From Macrostomum hystrix (lineage: Eukaryota; Animalia; Platyhelminthes), in NCBI GenBank assembly GCA_950097015.1, contig CATNEN010000011.1, forward strand, positions 5,766,001-5,830,000: DNA of 64,000 nt, read 5' to 3'. This document shows, in pieces, positions 25,501-37,544 of the stretch. How positions within the stretch are numbered: the stretch's first letter is position 1; every line of letters starts with the position of its first letter. The notes beneath the pieces are model-generated. The model made no database searches and was not told the origin of the DNA. It saw only the letters and a program-made list of their open reading frames with translations. Position numbers and translations under genes: made by a program.

Positions 25501-28500
25501 CGGTACAGAGAGCGGGTTTGTTGAAACGGGGGGGCGGAACAGAGAGCGGATTTGTTGAAACAGGGGCGGAACAGAAAGCGGATTTGTTGAAACAGGGGCG
25601 AAACAGAGAGCGGATTTGTTGAAACAGGGGGGCGGAACAGAGAGCGGATTTGTTGAAACAGGGGTGGAACAGAAAGCGGATTTGTTGAAACAGGGGGCGG
25701 AACAGAGAGCGGATTTGTTGAAACAGGGGGGCGGAACAGAGAGCGGTTTTGTTGAAACGGGGGGCGGAACAGAGAGCGGATTTGTTGAAACAGGGGGGCG
25801 GAACAGAGAGCGGATTTGTTGAAACAGGGGCGGAACAGAAAGCGGATTTGTTGAAACAGGGGGCGGAACAGAGAGCGGATTTGTTGAAACAGGGGGGCGG
25901 AACAGAGAGCGGTTTTGTTGAAACGGGGTGCGGAACAGAGAGCGGATTTGTTGAAACAGGGGCGGAACAGAGAGCGGATTTGTTGAAACAGGGGCGGAAC
26001 AGAAAGCGGATTTGTTGAAACAGGGGGCGGAACAGAGAGCGGATTTACCGTTTCCGCTAGCCATGACAAATAGGCTGCCCTTGCCGCCGCGGCCTCGTTT
26101 CACGCCCAGTTCCAGCGCCTTGGAGGTGTAGAACTTGGGCATATCCATCTTCCAGCCATTGTCCTTGGGACCCCAGCTGCAGGAGTAGATGCTGATGTAC
26201 TGATTATTGTGCAGCACAGCGTAGGCCTCAAGGAGGTCTGTCACAACGCCGTCTAAGATGCGAATTCCGCCCAAGCTGGCGTTGAAGGCTACGCCGATGC
26301 CGCAGAAGCTGTTGTTAGCAGCGGCGCCGACTTCGCCAGCGCAGGCGGTGCCGTGTCTGCAAGGACACAACAGAACAGTCACTGTAAGTCACAGGCCCAC
26401 TGTCTGCGTGGATACAGCAGAACAGTCACTGTAAGTCACAGGCCCACTGTCTGCGTGGATACAACAGAACAGTCACTGTACGTCACAGGCCCACTGTCTG
26501 CGTGGATACAGCAGAACAGTCACTGTAAGTCACAGGCCCACATTATAATTTGCTCTCAATCTCCTAAAATATTCAACCAATAGCCAGGAAAATCAGTGAG
26601 CACTGGCTAATATCTCCTGCTTTATCTGATGAGGCAACTTCCAGAATCACAAAACAGCGGCATCGTCGAGATATTCAACGATTCTCGTCGGGCTGTACGG
26701 TAGCAAGGTCCCTGAGCTCGCGGCGAGGCCACATTCATTTGGGGCGCAGTCGCGGATAGAAGGCTTGGGGGCTTGTCGTGCAATTCACGCCCTTGAGGGC
26801 CAACCTCCAAGGTACAGTGAGAGTGTACACTGCCTGACAATGAGAAAGTCAGGACAGATGTACACACCTGTGTGAGCGAATGCCTGCGTACAGTATCCGT
26901 GTGCGCGTGTGCTCAGGAGTCAGCGGAATGGGCGGAATTGGCTGCCTTTCCGGCTGGACTTTTAAGATCCTGACAGTCACCGCCGATGCTCCAGATGGTG
27001 ATGAAGGGGACACTGGTGACTGGGATGCTGAGAACAAAGGTCCCTTTAACAGATGGACCCAGATTATTGAACCAATACGGATTCGCCATAGAGATATACG
27101 CAGAGCAATTTTAGTTATCCTTGCCACCAGGATCTTCTACGAATCTGTAAGAATCGCTGAATATCTCGACGATGCTCACTCGGACGGCTTTGAAAGCCAG
27201 TTCATCGCAAAGGGCGGAAACTTTTGAAAAATCCAGGATTCCTCGATAATATGCATCCCCCACATCTAGGCGCACACTATTACATTTCGAATAGAATACA
27301 AATAATAAGGCTATCAACAGAGAGTGCTATTTCTCATTGTTGCCAAGCCAGGGCCACGTGAGGCTTCAATTAGCGTGCGGAGCATTGCAGAGTGAAGAAT
27401 GCTAAATCTTGTCAGAGAGTAAATAAGCCTAGAATTGTTTGCTATGCTGCATTTCCGCTCTTAGAGGCAGCGACACAGCCATTCTGGCAATCTGCAACAA
27501 CTAGTAAATAGCCTGCCTCGACACTAAACGCTCTTAAAAGAGAGTTTGGCTAAAATAGAGAATAAGTATTCAATTAAACACAGATGGCTTGGTCATAGGG
27601 TTTGTGAAAATGCTTGGTAATGACAATGAAACTACAGTTGAAGAGATACGAACAGATGCGCTGATTAAACAGTACAGAAATAGCTGAAACTGTACAGAAT
27701 AGGAATGTACAGAGCAGTACAGAAAAGACAGTACAGACAGTACAGTAAAGAACAGACAGTACACAGCAATACAGTACAGAACATACAGTAAACTGACAGT
27801 ATAAAACAAAACTCACGGAAAAGAACAGACAGTACAGAACAGAGCAGACAGTACAGTAAAGAACAGACAGTACACTACAGTACAGTACAGAACAGACAGT
27901 ACACTACAGTACAGTACAGAACAGACAGTACACTACAGTACAGTACAGAACAGACAGTACACTACAGTACAGTACAGAACAGACAGTACACTACAGTACA
28001 GTACAGAACAGACAGTACACTACAGTACAGTACAGAACAGACAGTACACTACAGTACAGTACAGAACAGACAGTACACTACAGTACAGTACAGAACAGAC
28101 AGTACACTACAGTACAGTACAGAACAGACAGTACACTACAGTACAGTACAGAACAGACAGTACACTACAGTACAGTACAGAAGAGACAGTACAGAATGGA
28201 CAGTACAGTACAGACATTACAGAAGAGACAGTACAGTACAGACAGTACAGTACAGACAGTACAGAATGGACAGTACAGTACAGACATTACAGTACAGACA
28301 GTACAGTACAGACAGTACAGTACAGACAGTACAGAACAAATAGTACAGTACATGAGGTCGCACTCACAACTGCTGCATCCCGAGTCTGCCAGGTCTGATG
28401 GGCACGCCGTCCTTGCTGGTGAGGTTGTTGAGGTCGGCGGAAGCCAGGGGATCGTAGCGGTGCAGGTCGGGATTTTTGGGATCTAGTCCGTCGTCAACAA

Positions 28501-30790
28501 CGGTGACAACAACGCCGGTGCCTATGAAGCCCTTGTTCCAGGCTGGCAGCAGGTTCAGGTCCAGGCCGGGGTTGATACCTTTCAGCTGACCCACATTGTG
28601 CTGGAGAAGGAAATCATTTATGGGACTTAAGGGGTCACAAACATTAGAAACTATTCGGTTACTGACCCCACTACCTACTAGAGATGGGGGCGAGTGGCAG
28701 AGCGGTTAACGCGTTTAACTCTCGCACCAAGGTTCCGGAGCTCGATTCCGCGGCGAGGACACATTTGTTTGGGGCGCAGCCGCGGAGAGAAGGCTTGGGG
28801 GCTTGTCGTGCAATCTACGCCCTTGAGAGCCAACCTCCAAGGCACATTGAAAGTGTACACTGCCTGACGATGAGAAAGTCAGGGCAGATGTACACACCTG
28901 CGTGCGTGTATGCCGAAGAGTCAGCGGAATGGGGAGAATTGCCACCTGTCTGGCTGCGGGTCTAGTGTCACTAAATGATGTGCCATTGCACACAACCCTC
29001 ATGCAATTGTCATTAGTATTATTCAGTGCTTACCAAATACCACTGCAGATTAAAGTGTGGATCATTGAAGATGAGCTTCAATCTCCGATGCATAATGGCC
29101 TTCTTGTATGTCTCAGCGTCCTTCGAATTCAAATAATTAGGTTGGGTACAAAGCAGTTGAGACAAGTTAAGAAATCAAGGTAAAATAGACGAACTGTTAA
29201 ACTCACCTCCAGTTCCTCTTGCCTCTTGTCCATGTCATCATCATTTTCATTTTCATCGCCGTCATCTTCACCGTCTGTCGTCGGATTGTTGGCATTGTCG
29301 AAATACTTCTTCTCGATTTCTTCCGCAACTTGGTGCACCGCGCGAAGTACACGCGGGTGAGCGGTCAGGGCTAACCTCAGAGCAGCACCGTCAGCAGCGC
29401 ATTCGTCATTGGAATGGTGTGATTTGCATGAGTTGCGGTGTTGCAAGTGAAACACGTTGCCAAGCTGATCGGCCTGCGTTTCGGTGGATTTTTCAGAATT
29501 TAGTTAGCCGCAGTTAACAGTGGGAGAGGACTGTGAGAAGGGACGCAACTGGAGTTGAGGCAGTCCTAAAGGGGTGTAGCTTATGGTCCTGAAGGGGTGT
29601 AGCTAAATGGTCCTGAAGGAGTGTAGCTAATGGTCCTGAATGAGTGTAGCTAATGGTCCTGAAGGAGTGTAGCTAATGGTCCTGAAGGAGTGTTGCTAAT
29701 GGTCCTGAAGGAGTGTAGCTAATGGTCCTGAAGGGGTGTAGCTAATGGTCCTGAAGGAGTGTAGCTAATGGTTCTGAAGGAGTGTTGCTAATGGTCTTGA
29801 AGGAGTGTAGCTAATGGTCCTGAAGGGGTGTAGCTAATGGTCTTGAAGGAGTGTAGCTAATGGTCCTGAAGGAGTGTAGCTAATGGTCCTGAAGGAGTGT
29901 AGCTAATGGTCCTGAAGGAGTGTAGCTAATGGTCCTGAAGGAGTGTAGCTAATGGTGTTGAAGGAGTGTAGCTAATGGTCCTGAAGGAGTGTAGCTAATG
30001 GTCCTGAAGGAGTGTAGCTAATGGTCCTGAAGGAGTGTAGCTAATGGTCTTGAAGGAGTGTAGCTATTGGTCCTGAAAGGGTTTAACTAATGGTCCTGAA
30101 GGAGTGTAGCTAATGGTCCTGAAGGAGTGTTGCTAATGGTCCTGAAGGAGTGTAGCTAATGGTCCCGAAGGAGTGTAGCTAATGGTCCTGAAGGAGTGTA
30201 GCTAATGGTCCTGAAGGAGTGTTGCTAATGGTCCTGAAGGAGTGTAGCTAATGGTCCTGAAGGAGTGTTGCTAATGGTCCTGAAGGAGTGTAGCTAATGG
30301 TCCCGAAGGAGTGTAGCTAATGGTCCTGAAGGAGTGTAGCTAATGGTCCTGAAGGAGTGTTGCTAATGGTCCTGAAGGAGTGTAGCTAATGGTCCTGAAG
30401 GGGTGTAGCTAATGGTCCTGAAGGGGTGTAGCTAATGGTCCTGAAGGAGTGTTGCTAATGGTCCTGAAGGAGTGTAGCTAATGGTCCTGAAGGAGTGTAG
30501 CTAATGTTCCTGAAGGGGTGTAACTTATGCTTATGGTCCTGAAGGGGCGTAGCTAATGGTCCTGAAGGAATAGGTTTAAAGTAAGTGATTCTCCGAAGTC
30601 TCACGTGATGGAGCAGATCAAAGCCATGCTTCTCGGCGATCTGCTTTGCTAGGGTGATGTCACTGTTGTGTACCAGTTCCAGAGCAAAATGATCAGTGAG
30701 TTGTTCCTGACAGTTTGTCACAAATGCTGTGTAAACTAAAAGAGCAGCCAGAAGCCATCGTTGGCCTCTGCTACTATTTTTTATGATCAT
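19539..30790 (-). CDS. Proprotein convertase (kexin/furin S8B family, PC7-like signatures), 8 exons, about 746 aa
   Basis: Exons 30790-30605, 29464-29207, 29120-29034, 28600-28368, 26356-26049, 25006-24484, 21148-20929, 19964-19539, all phase-consistent; signal peptide, prodomain, FNDP..QWYL, catalytic DDG/HGT/SGNG/GTSAA, NNSFC and YSCSWGP, P-domain LEH..RGGVEIWLESPSGT. Confidence 0.93.
20008..20170 (-). mobile_element. SINE family B, partial
   Basis: CCCAGCTGATGCTGG.ACCCATTTAACAGCTGGGTGAAC..GAGTTAAGTGTC shared with the 32818 copy. Confidence 0.75.
20290..20900. repeat. Degenerate ~21-bp array AAACTAGACTTGGGATTTCCC
   Basis: Recurring TTGGGATTT motif in the last convertase intron. Confidence 0.8.
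21188..24420. repeat. 21-bp satellite GATCCCATTCTAAAATTCC(C/T)A with 1360-bp higher-order repeat
   Basis: About 155 units; identical ORFs offset by 1360 bp; TTGT variant at 21941, 22641, 23301, 24001. Confidence 0.97.
25045..26046. repeat. G-run-rich ~31-34-bp array (GAAACAGGGG(G)CGGAACAGAGAGCGGATTTGTT-type)
   Basis: Fills the intron from donor +3 (26046) almost to the acceptor. Confidence 0.93.
26369..26540. repeat. 47-bp tandem repeat, ~3.5 copies, next to the acceptor at 26357
   Basis: CAGAACAGTC at 26371, 26418, 26465, 26512. Confidence 0.9.
26690..26955 (+). mobile_element. SINE family A, truncated copy in convertase intron
   Basis: Homology to 28684-29022. Confidence 0.75.
27640..28352. 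repeat. CAGTA-based array (29-bp core AGTACACTACAGTACAGTACAGAACAGAC)
   Basis: Homogeneous core ~27880-28180 with degenerate flanks. Confidence 0.93.
28684..29022 (+). mobile_element. SINE family A, full-length-like copy
   Basis: A-box TGGCAGAGCGG, B-box-like GCTCGATTCC, conserved hairpin GTGTACACTGCCTGAC-GATGAGAAA-GTCAGGGCAGATGTACAC, ATT tail; ends about 10 nt from the donor at 29033. Confidence 0.82.
29575..30570. repeat. 23-bp minisatellite TAGCTAATGGTCCTGAAGGAGTG in convertase intron 1
   Basis: About 43 units. Confidence 0.95.
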
Positions 30791-32817
30791 GGAGTCTGGT
30801 TTAAAACTGTTGCCTGATTTTAGGTCTGAAAAAATAAATGTCAAAAGAACAATTATTATACTTAATTTTTATTGTGCCTATTTTATACTATGAAAGGTTG
30901 TATAAAAAGTACAAAACATGCTGTATCCCTGTATTAGGTAGGCTGAGTAAAACATATAATTTAATTGACACATTTAATTTGGTAGCTAGAAATTATTTAA
31001 TCAGTAGCTAAATTAAGCATACAGATTAAAAGATGCTACTAATTAAATTTGAAGTTCAGAATGAATGTATAAAGATAGCCAAAAAATGTACAATTTTATG
31101 AAAGGATTTACAAAAATGAATTAATTAAATAGAAGAGTAAGAACAATAATAGTCATAACCATCGTTTCTAGTAGAAATACTAAATAGACTAAAGGTAGAG
31201 ATCTTTGGCATAGTCCATCGCACTATTACTGCGGCTCTGTGCTATCAGAAATACTAATTTATAGATTTATAAATTTTCCGCGACTATAGCTTGAAAGTGT
31301 AATACAACGCAAAACGATAATATCTGCTTATGCTAAAAATATCGCTTTCTACGTTATACCTCATTACTTTTATATTTATTACAGTAAAATAACAAGTACA
31401 AATAGACGCCCTTTATGTGATTTTGATTTACTTTATCTAAACCGAAAGTTAAAATGACGGGTTAACTTACAACTTACAAACCAGCAACAAGGACAACTGA
31501 ATTAGTAGTATATATAACGTAACTTCAGTTGTCCTTGCCAGCATAATTTCTGTGAGATAATAAAGAGAATGCCTATCCATACAGATTCTTATTCAATATA
31601 AACTTACAATCATTGACCCATTTAGGAACCATCAGATTTAGGCCGTTTTCTGGAACAATTTTTTTCCTAAAATGTTAACCTTCATATAATTTTCTATTTT
31701 AGACCCATATTTTATTACCAAAGCATTGTCTCAACAACATAATATTCAGTCATGGGGATTAAAGTCTAGAGTTAAGATAGTAATTTCAGATAGTATTCGA
31801 ATATAATACTTTCAGTTTTGATTGCTGAACGAAAAAACTGTGCCGTGAGTAATGCAATTATAGGCTCTAGGGCAGGGCAAATGTAGAGAAAAGAAAAATA
31901 TGAATATTAAATTTCGAAATAAAAGCATTACAGAAATCGACTAAGCTGTTAATGAGAAAACTAACTTCTGCAAAAGATTATTCGTATATACGCCTTCTAT
32001 CTTGAAAACTCTGTTGACTAAATTTGTTTAAAAAAAATTATTTCTGTAGTTGTGCATTTTTTAAATACTTAAATTCTTGATATGATTTAAATGTTGACAT
32101 TTAAATTGTCGAGTTGGTTAACTTTTGGGCCTTTCCAGTTACAAAAGCACAAAACTTAAAGTCACGGGCACCAATTTTAGAAATAAAATAGACCAATTAA
32201 TTCAAGCACCACCCAAAAATGTAATGGCAGTGCTTTCAAGTTATAAACGATCGATCCAGTGCACAGGTATAAGAGGTAGTAGTTAATCTGCTCATTGAAA
32301 CATATTCAAGCAGAAAACCGGGTACTTCCAATTATGGTTATTTCGAATAGAACAAACTGCAATAGTGTGTTCCATCAGAGAGACAACTATGCCTATAGTC
32401 ATACATGCATATATATGGTTTAGCAATTTGTACAAATGTATATAAAGATGTTGGAGGCCCTCAAAAGTGAAAGTTGAACTCCAATTTGACAGTGCACTTC
32501 CCGTTCCACTCAGCCAAGGCAAATAAACCTGCATGTAAATTACGTGTGTTGTAGCAAGCTCACCTGCTGCACACCAACTAACTGCTCACGAGTGCATCAA
32601 GACTCATCAGGTGCATTTGGCGTTTAAGCACTTTTTACAAAAAACGGCATAATGTATATTTATTTCTAAATTACATCAGTTTATGGGTGTAAAGGGCAAT
32701 GTGCAATGTGTATACAACGAAAGCGAGTGGTAGCAGATGCAATGAAAGAGGGAGCCAGAGAGACTCGTTAAAATCTACCATGCTCTTCTCTCACTCTACT
32801 CTCTCCTTCTCCCTCTC

Positions 32818-33122
32818 TAATTAATTAATAATAATTGATTACACCTGCCCCAATTGGGTCAGATGTGCAGACGACAGCACAGCCGCAGCTAATGCGCGGC
32901 GCATCTGAAGGCTGCGTACAGCTGTTCAGTCCATGGACTGGGGGGACGCCACACCCACCTTCAATTATCCCAGCTGATGCTGGTACCCATTTAACAGCTG
33001 GGTGAACTGAAGCAATGCAGAGTTAAGTGTCTTGCTAAAGGACACAAATTGTTCCAGTGGGGTCGGGAATCGAACCCCTGACCTTCAAGTCATGAGTCCG
33101 ATGCCCTAACCACTAGGCTACA
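32818..33122 (-). mobile_element. SINE family B, full-length-like copy
   Basis: Sense head TAGCCTAGTGGTTAGGGCATCGGACTCATGACTTGAAGGTCAGGGGTTCGATTCCCGACC = A box, CTCATGA anticodon-like loop, B box; ATT tail. Confidence 0.85.
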
Positions 33123-33124
33123 AC

Positions 33125-33930
33125 CTCTTTCCTCTCTACTGGAACATTCTCAACCTCTTTTCTCCCGCTCTCTCTCTCCCTCTCTCCCTTTCTCTCTCCT
33201 TCTCCCTCTCTACTCTCTCCTTCTCTCGCCTTCTCTCTCCTTCCATCTCTACTCTCTCCTTCTCTCTCCTTCTCCCTCTCTACTCTCGTCTGGAGTTGCC
33301 TTGGTTCGAATCCTGATTTCAATTTTTTCGATACATATCGGAATCGATTCCAACATTAGATTTTTTAATTTCAATGGGCAGTGTCCTCTCTCCTCTCTCT
33401 CGCTCTCTCTCTCCCTCTCTCCCTTTCTCTCTCCTTCTCCCTCTCTACTCTCTCCTTCTCTCCCCTTCTCTCTCCTTCGCCCTCTCTACTCTCTCCTTCT
33501 CTCTCCTTCTCTCTCCTTCTCCCTCTCTACTCTCTCCTTCTCTCCCCTTCTCTCTCCTTCGCCCTCTCTACTCTCTCCTTCTCTCTCCTTCTCTCTCCTT
33601 CTCCCTCTCTACTCTCTACTTCTCTCCCCTTCTCTCTCCTTCTCTCCCCTTCTCTCTCCTTCTTCCTCTCTACTCTCTCCTTCTCTCTCCTTCTCCCTCT
33701 CTACTCTCTCCTTCTCCCACTCTAATCTCTCCTTCTCTCTCTACTCTCCCCTTCTCCCTCTCTACTCTCTCCTTCTCTCACTCTACTCTCTCTCTTTCTC
33801 TCTACTCTCTCCTTCTCCCACTCTACTCTCTCCTTCTCTCACTCTTCTCTCTCCTTCTCTTACTCTCCTCTCCATCTCTCACTCTACTCTCTCCTTCTCT
33901 CACCCTACTTTACCCTTTTCTTACCTTCTC
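33125..33930. repeat. CT-rich low-complexity tract
   Basis: CTCTCCTT/CTCTCTACT repeats, interrupted at ~33290-33380. Confidence 0.9.
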
Positions 33931-34383
33931 ACTCCTTTCCTTCTTGACTTGTCGCAGTTATTCTTATACGACATAAATACACTAGAATGATTCTACGGAA
34001 ACAGCAAACGAAACGCATAAACACATTCGAATTTCTATGGAAGTTAAGGATATCATTTGTTATAAACATTTCTAAGAAGACTTTCTTAGAGACCTTCTAA
34101 ATTTTATGCAAATTAAAAATTAAAAGTTCCTTATCGTTACTTTTGTACACATAACTATGACAAAAAAAGTCACAGACAAGTTATTATAGAATATATTTTC
34201 TTTTATAGTTCAGCGCAATACGAAAACAATGACTATGCAAACAAAGAAGATGAGAATAAACTGAATTGTAGAATGAGCATTTCTAATTTTTTGTTTATTC
34301 AAAAGGAGAAGCACACACGAGCGAATAATTGTGCAGCCAAGTAAATCAGAGAGTTGCGAACTCTCAATGCCTTAGTTCGTGCA

Positions 34384-34751
34384 TCATAGCGGACTACTGT
34401 CTCTGACTGAGCCTCCGTGATGATAGTAGGTGCTTTTTCCTGGAAACAGGACGCCACCAGCTCCGCCGCTGCCGCCGCCGCCGGCGCCACTTTGAAGAAC
34501 TCGACAGAATTCCTTGAATGACACGCTGCCATTGCCGTTGGCATCCGCTTCGGACATCACCACGTCCACATCATCGTCGGTGGCGTCTTCTTCTAGAAGC
34601 TCCAGGGTGGCCTGGATCTCCTGCCGATTCAATGCCCCGTCGCCATCCTTATCGAACAGGTCGAACGCTGCCCGAAGCTCAAGCAGCTCCTCGGTGTTGA
34701 GGGCACCATCTTCGCTGGCGTGACAGCACAGACGATGCCTGCGTCCTTCTA

Positions 34752-34786
<35 letters not shown>

Positions 34787-37544
34787 GCTGAGGCCTGTTT
34801 ACTCTGCAGGTTGGCTGCCAAAGACGATCCGCTGACAAGGAGACAACGCGAGCTGTTCATCAAACTGGTGAATTCGAGCAGGGTCAGGGCGCCCTTGCTG
34901 TCCGTGTCCCACCGGCCAAGCAGTGTCTGAAAACAAAAAGCGAGCGATCGATTAAAATATATTTATTCAATTAGACCACTAGCTGACCGTTTCTGCAGAA
35001 TTTGCTTCTGTGTCTAACACATGCTAGCATCTGTATCTAACACATGTTAGCATCTGTGTCTAACACATGTTAGCATCTGTGTCTAACACATGCTAGCTTC
35101 TGTATCTAACACATGCTAGCTTCTGTATCTAACACATGTTAGCATCTGTGTCTAACACATGTTAGCTTCTGTGTCTAACACATGCTAGCTTCTGTATCTA
35201 ACACATGTTAGCATCTGTGTCTAACACATGTTAGCATCTGTGTCTAACACATGCTAGCTTCTGTATCTAACACATGCTAGCTTCTGTATCTAACACATGT
35301 TAGCATCTGTGTCTAACACATGTTAGCTTCTGTGTCTAACACATGCTAGCTTCTGTATCTAACACATGTTAGCATCTGTGTCTAACACATGTTAGCATCT
35401 GTGTCTAACACATGTTAGCATCTGTGTCTAACACATGTTAGCATCTGTGTCTAACACATGTTAGCATCTGTGTCTAACACATTTTAGCATCTGTGTCTAA
35501 CACATTTTAGCATCTGTGTCTAACACATGCTAGCATCTGTGTCTAACACATTTTAGCATCTGTGTCTAACACATGCTAGCAACTGTGTCTAACACATTTT
35601 AGCATCTGTGTCTAACACATGTTAGCATTTGTATCTAACACATTTTAGCATCTTTATCTAACACATTTTAGCATCTGTATCTAACACATGTTAGCATTTG
35701 TATCTAACACATTTTAGCATCTTTATCTAACACATTTTAGCATCTTTATCTAGCACATGTTAGCTTCTGTGTCTAACACATGCTAGCATCTGTGTCTAAC
35801 ACATGTTAGCGTCTGTGTCTAACACATGTTAGCATCTGTGTCTAACACATGTTAGCATATGTGTCTAACACATGTTAGCATATGTGTCTAACACATGCTA
35901 GCATCTGTGTCTAACACATGCTAGCATCTGTGTCTAACACATGCTAGCTTCTGTGTCTAACACATGCTAGCTTCTGTGTCTAACACATGCTAGCTTCTGT
36001 GTCTAACACATGTTAGCATCTGTATCTAACACATGCTAGCATCTGTGTCTAACACATGCTAGCATCTGTATCTAACGCATGCTAGCATCTGTAATCTGTA
36101 TCTAACACATGTTAGCTCCTGTGTCTAACACATGCTAGCATCTGTGTCTAACACATGCTAGCATCTGTGTCTAACACATGCTAGCATCTGTATCTAACAC
36201 ATGCTAGCATCTGTGTCTAACACATGCTAGCATCTGTGTCTAACACATGCTAGCATCTGTGTCTAACACATTTTAGCTTCCGTTTCTAACAAATTTTAGA
36301 TGTCTAGAAAAGAATTTTGAAAAAAATTGTATTTGTTTTTTTAAGGCAATAAAGTTTTCCTCGAATAAAATGTAACGAAAAATGTTTTGACATCGGTTAA
36401 ATTAGTTTCAGGTTAATTAGATCTTTGTTTTTTTGCATTTAACAGTGTTTAAAAGTTTCCGTATAAAAGAAATTTCTGTTATGCAGCCAAGGTAATGCAT
36501 CACTGTCGCTAAATTTAGAATGCAGATTGCAAACAAGTAGAATTTGACAAGCCAAGCATTTCTATTATTCTTATGTCTGTCTGTCTTTCTGCAGATTCGT
36601 ACTCAGGCGTATGGGAATTTCACTGACCATTGTCGATCCATTGTTTATGACAGTCTCTTGACTGCGTTCAGAATTTTTGTGAATACCTTTTTTGCACTAC
36701 CAGTGTAAGTTCGTAGATTGAAATAATCAAGTTGTCAGTTATGTGAATCTGGTTGTCTGTTTTGTGAATCTAATTGTCTGTTTTGTGAATCTGGTTGTCT
36801 GTTTTGTGAATCTGGTTGTCTGTTTTGTGAATCTGGTTGTCTGTTTTGTGAATCTGGTTGTCTGTTTTGTGAATCTGGTTGTCTGTTTTGTGAATCTGGT
36901 TGTCTGTTTTGTGAATCTGGTTGTCTGTTTTGTGAATCTGGTTGTCTGTTTTGTGAATCCGGTTGTCTGTTATGTGAATCTGGTTGTCTGTTTTGTGAAT
37001 CTAAGTGTCTTTTATTGTGAATCTGGTTGTCAGTTTTGTGAATCTGGTTGTCAGTTTTGTGAATCTGGTTGTCAGTTTTGTGAATCTGGTTGTCAGTTTT
37101 GTGAATCTGGTTGTCTGTTTTGTGAATCTGGTTGTCTGGTTTGTGAATCTAATGTCAGTTTTGTGAATCTGATGTCAGTTTTGTGAATCTGATGTCAGTT
37201 TTGTGAATCTAATGCGAGTTTTGTGAATCTACCCCAGCCGTCAGTCTCACCTGAACTTCGACCTCCTGAGTGGGCATCCCCAGTCTCTCCATCTCCAAGG
37301 CCAGCTCCTCGCCGCTGATGAAGCCGTCCTTGTCTTTGTCGAACAAGCTGAACGCCTCCTTCCATTTGCCAGCCCAGTCAGCCACATTCAGGCTGTGCGA
37401 CCGACCCAGAAGCCTTCGCCCTGACCGACCAGCTGACTTGGCTGCCGCGGCTGTAGAATCGTCCCTGATTCGAATCGCCGCAGCGAATTGACGCAGCCTC
37501 ACGCTGGCGAGCTTCGGGCTGACTAATGTGTCACTCGTTGCCAT
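34384..37544 (-). CDS. Calmodulin-like 4-EF-hand protein, 2 exons, about 278 aa
   Basis: Exons 37544-37251, 34926-34384 (phase 0); EF loops DKDKDGFISGEE, DTDSKGALTLLE, DKDGDGALNRQE, DANGNGSVSFKE; poly-Q linker. Confidence 0.88.
35005..36290. repeat. 23-bp minisatellite CTGTGTCTAACACATGTTAGCAT in EF-hand gene intron
   Basis: About 55 units; imperfect palindrome CTAACACATGTTAG. Confidence 0.95.
36743..37230. repeat. 21-bp minisatellite TGTGAATCTGGTTGTCTGTTT in EF-hand gene intron
   Basis: About 23 units. Confidence 0.95.

Noticed and set aside
28865-28890. Hammerhead-like CTGACGA-TGA-GAAA-GTC in SINE A
   Set aside because: No stem II or stem III can form; the words pair with each other as a simple hairpin, and the core varies between copies.
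33061-33122. tRNA-Met gene
   Set aside because: The tRNA-like head continues into a SINE body shared with other copies and lacks a proper acceptor stem; the same holds for the family A heads.
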